From: Eledone cirrhosa | Lineage: Eukaryota | NCBI GenBank assembly: GCA_964016885.1 | Contig: OZ024747.1 | Coordinates: 56,482,001 to 56,546,000 of the forward strand | Reading direction: 5' to 3' | Length of the DNA stretch: 64,000 nt | In this document: in pieces, positions 53,085 to 64,000 of the stretch | Numbering within the stretch: the first letter of the stretch is position 1 | Layout: every line of letters begins with the position of its first letter | Notes under the pieces: model-generated | What the model saw: only the letters and a program-made list of their open reading frames with translations | Database searches by the model: none | Told to the model about the DNA's origin: nothing | Position numbers and translations under genes: made by a program

Positions 53085-53645
53085 TATGGTGGTAGTGGTG
53101 ATGATGGGGTGGTGGTGGTGGTGGTGGTGGTGGTTGTTGGTGGTGGTGGTGGTGGTTGTTGTTGGTGGTGGTGGTGGTAGTGATGTTGGTATTGTTGTTG
53201 TTGTTGTTGGTGGTGTTGTTGTTGTTGGCGGTGGTGTTGTTGTTGTTGGTGGTGGTGGTGGTGGTGTTGCTGTTGTTGTTGGTGGCGGTGGTGGTAGTGA
53301 TGTTGGTATTGTTGTTGTTGTTGTTGGTGGTGTTGTTGTTGTTGGCGGCAGTGGTGTTGTTGTTGTTGGTGGTGGTGGTTGTGGTGATAGTGGTGGTGGT
53401 GGTAGCATTGCTTGTGGTTGTGGTGGTGTTGGTGTTGGTGCTGTTGATGGTGGTGTTGATGGTGGTGTTGGTGATCGTAGTGTTGGTGTTGGTAGTGTTG
53501 ATGGTGGTGTCGGTGGTGTTGATGGCGGTGTTGGTGGCGTTGATGGTGGTGGCGGCGCTGATGGTGGCGGTGGTGTTGATGGTGGGTATGGTGGTGGTGG
53601 TGGTGGTGGTGCTGCTGCTGCTACTGTTGGCATTGTAGTTGCTGT
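53085..53645. repeat. (GGT/GTT)n tract
   Basis: Trinucleotide repeat with a duplicated AGTGATGTTGGTATTG block. Confidence 0.95.
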
Positions 53646-53845
53646 TTAACTCACGGTCAATCCAGTTTGAGCAGACCTATGATCAAAAAGCATTCCAACA
53701 ATGACCATCTCATATTCTCCTTAAATGTAGAGAAGCTAGGACCACATTATCTAATGTATCCTTTATGAAAACAGTAGGCTTTGCTTTGAGGAGGATTTTA
53801 CTCCTATTTCTAGCAGAACCATTGAGCATGCAGAGGCACTCTTTA
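53642..53845 (-). mobile_element. Decayed SINE with a (CAA)n-type tail (3' end also at ~13140-13200, + strand)
   Basis: Reverse complement TGATCATAGGTCTGCTCAAACTGGATTGACCGTGAGTTAAAC resembles TGATAATAGGTCTTCTTAGCCAGAGCTGACCTGGGGCTAAGAAAC. Confidence 0.5.
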
Positions 53846-54354
53846 TGGGAGCAATAATGGTTGTTGTAGGCAATGTTCAATTTAAGAGGATGATGATGAT
53901 TATGATGATGTTTGAACAGATGTTTTGCTATATGTGTATGTACACGTCTGTATGTACATGTGTGTGTGTGTGTGTGTAAGGGAGTGTGAGGGTGGGGGGA
54001 GGATTAGGGAGAAGGAGAGGGAGGAATGATGACAGTAAGGCGATGGTGGTGGTGGTGGTGGTGGGGGGGATGTGTTTCTGGATGGAATGAGTCAGGACAA
54101 AAATTGGCTGGAGTAAATGTGACAGAAATTACACTCAGTTGATACATCTAGACATACATGATATATACATACATGCATATATACATGTATATATGTATAT
54201 ATATATATATATACATACATGCATATATACATGTATATATATATATATATATATACATACATGCATATATACATGTATATATATATGTATATATATATAT
54301 ATATATATATGCATAGATATATATTTATTATATATAAATATTATGTATGTATGC

Positions 54355-54429
<75 letters not shown>

Positions 54430-54803
54430 GGGGGGGGGCGGACGGACAGGCAGAGATAAATGTAAAAAGGACAAGCAAAACTAACATAAATATAAGAGAG
54501 AAGGTATGAAAAATAATTGTGTATATGTGTGCATGTGTGTGTGTTTGCTTGGGTGTATGTGCGGGTGTGTCTATGTGTGTGTGCATATACAAGCACATAT
54601 ATATATATGTGTGTGTGTGTGGGTGTACATAAATAACAAAAAATATATACAAATCAAGAAAGAAGATCCAACCAACCAACCACACCTTTACCCTGCACCA
54701 CCTTTGAAAAAAACCCTACCAAAACCTCAAAGAAACCTCAAAGAATTCCCTTCACTCTGTGTGAGTATATATATATATATATATACATATATACATACAT
54801 ACA

Positions 54804-54835
<32 letters not shown>

Positions 54836-54864
54836 CATACATACATACATTTACACACACACAC

Positions 54865-54942
<78 letters not shown>

Positions 54943-54948
54943 GTATAT

Positions 54949-55033
<85 letters not shown>

Positions 55034-55054
55034 CATACATACATTTACACACAC

Positions 55055-55098
<44 letters not shown>

Positions 55099-55112
55099 AT
55101 ACTTTGAAACGA

Positions 55113-55180
<68 letters not shown>

Positions 55181-55187
55181 TATATAC

Positions 55188-55270
<83 letters not shown>

Positions 55271-55283
55271 CATACATACATTT

Positions 55284-55331
<48 letters not shown>

Positions 55332-55861
55332 GTATATATACATATGTATATATATATATATATATGTGTGTGTATGTGTGTTTGTTAGGAATGTCTGGTT
55401 AGCTCACTGATGTGGAATGTTCATTTGGTGATGGAAGTAGGGGGTAGTGAAACTTGCTTAAGGCCTGATGCCACGGTAGGGATCATATGAAGCAGGGGGG
55501 TAAGGATCAGGTTATTGGTGTGTCTGGATGAGGGAAGTGGGTTAGCAGTGGCTGACCCAAAAGGTCAATATTGGCTCCAAGACAAAAGGAATTAAAGAAA
55601 TATAAAATGTGTGTGAGTGGGTGAGTGTCTGGTAGGTGCTGGTGATGGGGTGAGAAGCAGGGGGTGGGGGTGAATGGTGGAGATTGCGGGGGGGGGGTCT
55701 GGGGTTTGTTTGAGGTGTGATAGATGAAGGTGGGTAGGTGGAGTCAGTGTGGGGGGTTTATATATAATCTCAATGATTAATTATAGGGGGCATAATTAGA
55801 TTTCCCTTTGAATCTTCTTCAACCATCTTTCATTACTATGGAAAAATTACTACTACTACTA

Positions 55862-55915
<54 letters not shown>

Positions 55916-55971
55916 ATACTAATACTACTACTACTAGTGCTATTATTATTAATATTGTTATTATATAAGAT

Positions 55972-58236
55972 CGGTGGATTGGCAGTATTGGTAGAGCATC
56001 GGACAATATGCTTTACAACATAGAATTATGGCCCTTTACATTCTGAGTTCAAATTCTGCTGAGGTTAACTTTGCCTTCCATCCTGGGGGAGGGGGGAGGT
56101 CGAAAAATAAATTACCAGTAATTGCACTGTGGTCAATTTAATCAACTTTTCCCATCCCCTCCAAAATTGTAGGCCTTGTGCTTAAATCAGAAACAATTAT
56201 TATTTTTATTATCATCATCATAATGTTTTTACCCTAAATCTCCCACTGTGTCCTGTTTGTTTTTTTTCCAATATATTTCACATCATACTGTCCCCAACAT
56301 CTTTGGATTGGCAGTATCAGTAGAGTGTCTGACACCATGCTTTGCAGCATAGAGTTATAACATTTTATGTTCTGAATTCAAATCCCGCCGAGGTTAGCTT
56401 TGCCTTTCATCTCTACGGGGGTTGATAAAATAAAGCACCAGTAATACACTGGGGTAATTTATGGCCTTGTGCTTAAAGTAGAAACAATTATTATCATTAC
56501 TTCAGAATTATATGATCTTGTAAAGTCAGTATAAGAGCCTACTTTCTCCTTTTGTTCAATTCTGGTGTCAAACAGACACACTACATCTATGAGGGTACAG
56601 TTTCTTTCCTTCTTCTCAATTGCAACAACATCTGGTCTGTTGTGTTCAATCTTCATTTTGGTCTGAATTGGGAAGTCCCATAAGAGATTTGTCTTATCAT
56701 TCTCTAGCACTCTCATCACATTTGTGACACCATGTTCATAGCTTTTTTATGCACATGGAAATTCATACTTTTCTCACAAGCGCCAGTGCAATATGGTAAC
56801 CACCTTATCATGTCTGCCTTTTTTATAATCATTCTGAGTTAACTGCTTACACTCTGAGATGATATGGGCAACTGTCTCCGCTTTCTTCCCACAAATTCTG
56901 CATTCTGATTGATCATCTCTCTTTTCTATGTTTCTCATTACTGACCTTGTTCTTATGGCTTGATCACTGCTAATATAAATCCTTCTGTTTCTTTCTTAAT
57001 GGAGCTTTTCCGTAACTATAAACAAGTATTTTTGTTATCACACATATTTCTTTTCTTTTCATCAAATGCTTTTTTACTCTCCTTACAATCACGGTCTTTA
57101 TGTTTTCTGAGTCTCTATTTTTCTCAAATGTGCCTTCCCTAACAACCTCCAATATAAAATTTTCTTTCTTGTTAGAAATCATTATAGGGTCGGACGCCAT
57201 GCTTTGCAGCACAGTTACGTCCCTTTATGAACTGAGTTCAAATCCCGCCGAGGTTAACTTTGCCTTTCATCCTTACGGGGTCGATAAAATAAAGTACCAG
57301 TAATGCACTGGGTAATTGCTGGCCTTGAGCCATAAGTAGAAACAATTATTAACTTTTGGCAGTATTGGTAGAGGGTCAAACATGCTTTGCAGCATAGTTA
57401 CGTCCCTTTACGATCTGAGTTCAAATCCCGCCGAGGTTAACTTTGCCTTTCATCCTTACGGGGTCGATAAAATAACGTACCGGTAATGTACTGGGTAATT
57501 ACTGGCCTTGTGCCAAAAGTAGAAACAATTATTAATTTTAGGGTCGGACGTCATGCTTTGACGCATAGAGTTACGGCCCTTTCTATTCTGAGTTCAAATC
57601 CCGCCGAGGTCAACTTTGCCTTTCATCCTTACGGGGTCGATAAAATAAAGTACCAGTAATTGCTGGCGTTGTGCCAAAAGGAGATACAATTATTACTAGG
57701 GTGCTGGATTGGCAGTATTGGTAGAGCATCAGACGCCATGTTTTGCAGCATAGAGTTACGGCTCTTTACCATCTGAGTTCAAATCCCACCAAGGTTAGCT
57801 TTGCTTATCATCCTTACGTGGGTCAATAAGATAATACTCCAGCAATGTACTGGGGCCGATTTAATCGACTTTCCCCTCTCCCCAAATTGCTGGCCTTGTG
57901 CCTAAAATAGAAACAATTATTATTAGTGTGGTAAATTGGCAGAAGAGTTAGAACATTGGAACAAAATATATTGTGCAGCTCATACATGTTCTTTATATTC
58001 TGAGTTTAAATCATGCAGAGCTCAAATTTGTCCTTCATGCCTTCACTACAGGATTAATAAAATAAAATCTGAATAAAGTACTGGAGTTGCTATAATTGAC
58101 TTTGCCCTGCCCTAAATTACTGGCTTTGGGCCTAGATTAAAAAAGCTTTATTATTATTAGGGCAGTAGATTGGCAGTATTGGTAGAGTGTCAGACATTGT
58201 GCTTTGTGGCATAGAGTTACGGCCCTTTATGTTCTG
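55972..58236 (+). mobile_element. Cluster of ~8 same-orientation Meta-like SINEs, six head-to-tail at 57187-58236
   Basis: Units start near 55972, 56305, 57187, 57357, 57540, 57703, 57928 and 58165. Complete units end near GGCCTTGTGCC...AGAAACAATTATT. Confidence 0.88.
56495..57175 (-). pseudogene. Decayed R4/Dong-like fragment (CCHC plus RLE)
   Basis: KETEGFILA...CRICGKKAETVAHIISECKQLTQNDYKKGRHDKV..LHW...LLWDFPIQTKMKIEHNRPDVV..LIDV. Confidence 0.88.
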
Positions 58237-58617
58237 GTAATGAGGTTGTGAAGGAGGGTGGTGGTGATAGTGGAAGTGGTAATGATGATGCCATTGGGGA
58301 GGAAGATGAGGGGTGGTGGTGGTTGTGGAAGTAGTGGTAGGGTAGGGGATGATGATGAAGTTGGTGAGGAGGCGGATGAGGAGAAGGAGGAGGAGAGTAG
58401 TGGCGCTGGTGCTGGTCTGGTTCCAATGAATAGAGTTGGTCACAATGTTCTTTGAATCATGACAACATATGGAGAGTTCAAGGTCTTCGTGATTTTTGGT
58501 AACAATTTTAGTTCCATCAAGGGAGATCTCAGGCTGAGGAATCCTGTGCTTAATTCCATTCTGAGTATCTTCGCTCTCTCTAAAAGAAGACAGTAAAGTT
58601 CTTCATGTTTATGGTAT

Positions 58618-59602
<985 letters not shown>

Positions 59603-59934
59603 CGTCCAGAAATAGCCGTCGAAATGGCTTCAGCTCTGCTGTTGGGGGTCAAACATTTTCTTTATAATATATCATCATCATCATCATCATCATATATATA
59701 TATATATATATATCTAAGCCATGCCAGCGTGGAAGATGGACGTAATCGAGGATGATGATGATGATATACACATTTATATATACATACATGTATGTCTCAA
59801 TTTCTCTGTCCTCTTCTCCCTCTCTGCCTCTCTCTCTCTACCCATGACTCTCTGTGTTTCTCACTCTATTTCTATTTATCTGTATCTATTTCCCCATCTG
59901 TATCTATCTGTTCCAGTGTCTCTCTTTCTCCCTC

Positions 59935-60336
59935 TCTCTATCTCTGCTTATTTGTCTCTATCTTCCACTCTCTCTCTCTCTGTCTCTCTCTCTCCCTCTC
60001 TATCTCTGCTTATTTGTCTATATCTTCCACTCTGTCTCTCTCTCTCTCTTGTCTCTATCTTCCACTCTTTCTGTCTCTCTCTCTCTGTCTCTCTCTCTCT
60101 GTCTCTCTATCTCTGCTTATTTGTCTCTATCTTCCACTCTTGCTCTCTCTCTCTCTGTCTCTCTCTCTCTCCCTCTCTCTATCTCTGCTTATTTGTCTCT
60201 ATCTTCCACTCTTTCTCTCTCTCTCTCTCTCTCTCTCCCTCTCTAATCTCTGCTTATTTGTCTCTATCTTCCACTCTTTCTCTCTCTCCCCTCTCTCTCT
60301 CCCTCTCTATCTCTGCTTATTTGTCTCAATCTTCCA

Positions 60337-60369
<33 letters not shown>

Positions 60370-60534
60370 CCTCTCTCTATCTCTGCTTATTTGTCTCTAT
60401 CTTCCACTCTTTCTCTCTCTCTCTCTCTCTCTCTCCCTCTCTATCTCTGCTTATTTGTCTCTATCTTCCACTCTTTCTCTCTCTCCCCCTCTCTCTCTCC
60501 CTCTCTATCTCTGCTTATTTGTCTCAATCTTCCA

Positions 60535-60571
<37 letters not shown>

Positions 60572-60620
60572 CCTCTCTCTATCACTGCTTATTTGTCTCT
60601 ATCTTCCACTCTGTCTCTCT
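59935..60620. repeat. Minisatellite: ~33-bp constant core plus variable (CT)n, about 10-11 units
   Basis: Core TATCTCTGCTTATTTGTCTCTATCTTCCACTCT recurs every ~60-75 bp. Confidence 0.9.
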
Positions 60621-60752
60621 CTGTTTTCCACTCTCCCACTCTATGTACCTCTCTGTCTGTCTACCTCAAATTTATCTATCTCTTTTTAACTTTATCTTTG
60701 TGGTTCAGTCATTCTATGTACTCCCCCCCCCTCCCACTCTCCCTATCTCTCT

Positions 60753-60804
<52 letters not shown>

Positions 60805-61237
60805 ATTTCATCAGATAATTCCTCCCCACAAGGGACAGTCCATAAATGCATATTGCATTAGTTTAATGACCATGGTCAGTTTCAGACTTTCAGACAAACA
60901 GAAAAATGAAGACAAACATAAACACAAAAAAGAAAAAGAAAAATATTTACCCATGATTCAATAATAAAAAAAAAAAGATAAAATAAAATAAAAATATAAT
61001 AAAATAAAAATATAATAAAATAAAAATATAATAAAATAAAAAATACTAACCAGTGTCTGGGATTGAACACTGATTAGTAAATTACCAATATGTAAGCAAT
61101 AAATCCACTTTTAAACTATCACGTAGATTAGCAAGCCATAATTCCTGGATTGAATCTGTGATTTCAACGGCAGTTATTTAGCAAAATTGCAGTCAGATGG
61201 GAATGGACACTGGTCATATGGAATATACTGTATATAT

Positions 61238-61284
<47 letters not shown>

Positions 61285-61350
61285 TAATATATATATACAT
61301 ATATACACATATATAATATATTTATACATGTAATATATATTATATGCATA

Positions 61351-61381
<31 letters not shown>

Positions 61382-61630
61382 TATATCATCATCATCATCA
61401 TCATCGTTTAACGTCCATATTCCACGCTTGCATGGGTTTGGACGGGAGTTTTCCCACTTGAGGCAAGAGTGGTTGTCTTGCTCGCATAGGACTGTCTGGC
61501 AGGTTTTCTACGGCTGGATGCCCTTCCTAACACCAACCACATTTACAGTGTGGACTGGGAGGTTTTTACCGTGTTATATATATATATAAAATTATAAAAT
61601 AAGAGGAAATAATAGACACAGATATATACC

Positions 61631-61661
<31 letters not shown>

Positions 61662-62089
61662 CATATACATATGTGTGTGTGTATATATATATATATCTAT
61701 ATATATATATATCTATGATATATCTCATATGAAATAATACAGCCAATTACACACAATACAATATAGTTAGCACCCCAAACGTTTAATTAGGAATATACTC
61801 AGGTATTTCCTAATGATTGTTGAGTGAGTTGGAATTTGGCCGGAGTATCGCTATTAGCTTTCTCCGATTATGTATTTATATATATATATATAAAGAGAGA
61901 GAGAGCATTAGGTAGGGATGGTGTAAAGAAGGGTAAGATTCTATGAAGTGGTACATGATATATTAAGCAAGTGGTTAAGCCATGCCACAAATGTTACGTA
62001 TTCTATTGCTAACCAATCACAACCTAAATATATTTAGTGGTAGAAGGAAGGAAAACATAAAGAAAGTTTTTTTTCTATTCTCTAATATA

Positions 62090-62287
62090 TCATCATCATC
62101 AGCAGCAGCAGCACGTCTACTTTTCCATTCTTGCATTGGTTAGACAGGTCTATCACAACACGGCATCTCTCCACTGTCGCGTTCCTTCATCATTTCCTCT
62201 GTCAGTCTTAGCGATTTGAGTTCTGCTCTCAGAACCTTTGGCCAGGTCTTTCTTGGTTGTCCTCTATTGCAGCTTCCCCCCACCATA
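62090..62287 (-). mobile_element. RTE 3' fragment
   Basis: Encodes RGQPRKTWPKVLRAELKSLRLTEEMMKER. Confidence 0.8.
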
Positions 62288-62288
62288 C

Positions 62289-62352
<64 letters not shown>

Positions 62353-62477
62353 CGAAGGAGTTGTGGTAAACAACCAGATGGACCATAACGCACCAGAGTA
62401 TTCAATAGGGTAGTAGAAACGCTTGAGCTCTGCCGTCGGGGGTCTTACTTTTTCCTATATATATATATATATATATA

Positions 62478-62716
62478 AGCAAAGGGATATTTAATTTGTT
62501 GGTAATTCAACAAATATATATATTTATAACTGATTCGAAGCACTATCCAGGTAAAACTTGAACTGTTAAGATCTCCTTCCTGGATATGTCAATATTTATA
62601 AAACAAACTTTGTATTTTATCTGATGAAAGCGTACCAAAGTGTTGGTACCCTTGAAATATATATAATAGAATAAATATGGTTTTATAAACATAGTTTCCA
62701 TTTATTAATATCATTG
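62478..62716 (+). mobile_element. Family H non-coding hammerhead element between (TA)n
   Basis: Colinear with the reverse complement of 45730-45997. Confidence 0.82.
62613..62673 (+). ncRNA. Minimal hammerhead, family H copy 5
   Basis: UAUUUUAU CUGAUGA AAGCGUACCAA-AGUG-UUGGUACCCUU GAAAU AUAU AUA AUAGAAUA. Confidence 0.85.
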
Positions 62717-62770
<54 letters not shown>

Positions 62771-63177
62771 GGTGGCTGCCAACTCGTTTTCAAGTACGGC
62801 CACTACTTTATGTCCATGTAGGAGAACCCTTACCGATGCGCTGAACGAGTGTGACTTTTTAGTTCAGCCAGCGACTTGAAAACTCAGGTACAAACACTAC
62901 ACTTGTGACAGTTATTGACACATAGTGCTGGGCCCATGGTACCATGTGACGACAAGTGCAGAGAGATCTCCAGATATAAAGCAATGCCTGTGCCGTGAAG
63001 CTTTTATAGTGAGCAAAGGCACTGCACAAAGCCAGTCCCACTCTCTTAACCAAGATGATATTTACCAAAAAGAAGAACAAGTCAACATCATTGGATACCA
63101 TCAGGGTTGCAGGTGTTATATCAGAGTTTTCCTTCTCCTAGAATTCTGCCTTGACAAAGGCTAAGGGGTCATCTCGC
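62771..63177 (-). mobile_element. Bipartite non-autonomous RTE derivative, diverged relative of 29411-29765
   Basis: Shares TAGCCTTTGTCA, CTAGGAGAAGG..AACTC, CCAATGATGTTGA, AGAGAGTGGGA.TGGCT, GCACAGGCATTGC and the terminal TGGCC.TACT.GA.AACGAG..GGCAGCC. Confidence 0.75.
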
Positions 63178-63246
63178 TATATACATACATACATACACAC
63201 ACATGTACCATTGATAAAAATAACAGGTCCATTTATGTTGACATCT

Positions 63247-63281
<35 letters not shown>

Positions 63282-63394
63282 GCATATATAATAGAGTATG
63301 TGTTTAAAATACTGTAGTATTTAAAATATTCAATCATAATCTGAATGTGCACTCAATACTGGTCTGTAGAGAGTAGAAATTTACTTCTATGCAG

Positions 63395-63675
63395 ATACAA
63401 TATGGCCAAATGGTTAAGGGTTTAACTCTACAATTATTAATCCCAGGTTCAATCCCACTACATAACTCCTAGGGCATGTGTTATTTACTATATTTCCTGG
63501 CATTGAAGACGCTACTTTTTTCATAAAATAAGTCTAAAAAATCTACCATGTGTTCTGGAGGCCGAAGGTTGTTTATTATTTTTTTTCAAATTTTTGGTTG
63601 TCAAAATTAGGGTGCGTTCTCAAGGAAATACGGTACCATAGCCTCTGGTTGACCCAAGCTTTGTGTGTGGAATTA
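63395..63675 (+). mobile_element. tRNA-derived SINE interrupted by a MITE
   Basis: A box TGGCCAAATGG, B box GGTTCAATCCC. The SINE continues as CCATAGCCTCTGGTTGACCCAAGCTTTGTG after the insertion. Confidence 0.65.
63488..63633. mobile_element. Tc2/pogo-like (Tc1-mariner) MITE with TA TSD
   Basis: TA|CTATATTTCC (decayed CCGTATTTCC) ... GGAAATACGG|TA. Confidence 0.65.
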
Positions 63676-64000
63676 TTCTCTGGTCACGAATAATCCCCCC
63701 CCCCCCTATGCCTGCTTATTAAATTTCCTCATTTTTCTACCCCTTCCCTGTTCTTATTCCACCCCCACCACTTTTTAAATTTTGTTAATCTATCGCAGAT
63801 GAAATTTTTCTTTATACATTAAAATACATTACTAGAAATACGATATGTTATAAAATAAATAGGATGGGTTGGGAGTTAGAATATGTAAACTAAACGACTA
63901 ATTCTGGTTTTTTAAAAAATCAACAGACAACCTAGAAAAATTACCAAATTTTCCAATACTCGCCCCCACTTATTCCAACTACCCCCCACTTATTCCAACT

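Noticed and set aside
59721-60964. Leu/Ser-rich membrane-like proteins (also 46088-47014)
   Set aside because: CT-rich minisatellites that are open in all three frames

Overview
Eukaryotic, very AT-rich, repeat-dense DNA with no host protein-coding exon, rRNA, true tRNA gene or CRISPR array that I can support. It is probably intronic or intergenic. The repeat content resembles a coleoid cephalopod (octopus-like) genome; that is recognition, not a database result. Nearly all listed ORFs are translations of (TA)n, (CA)n, (CATA)n, (CAT)n, (CAC)n or (CT)n microsatellites. The recognisable content is mobile DNA: 5'-truncated non-LTR retrotransposons (R4/Dong-like with an RLE nuclease, Tx1/L1-like, at least four RTE families, CR1), several tRNA-derived SINE families, hAT, piggyBac and Tc2-like MITEs, minisatellites, and many short Penelope-like fragments that carry hammerhead ribozyme motifs and fold-back inversions. 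The most interesting signals are: (1) a ~260-bp non-coding element family in or near (TA)n tracts, with five minimal type I hammerhead copies whose stems show compensatory changes; (2) apparent partitioning of microsatellite targets ((TA)n, (TAA)n, (GATA)n, (CATA)n) among retroelement families, including a GATA-associated Tx1 and a SINE whose 3' end resembles the Tx1 3' end; (3) RTE proteins with an internal PHD-like finger or three C-terminal C2H2 fingers; (4) a twin-priming-type 5' inversion with a perfect 12-bp TSD; (5) a two-variant 51-bp minisatellite expanded from inside a SINE.
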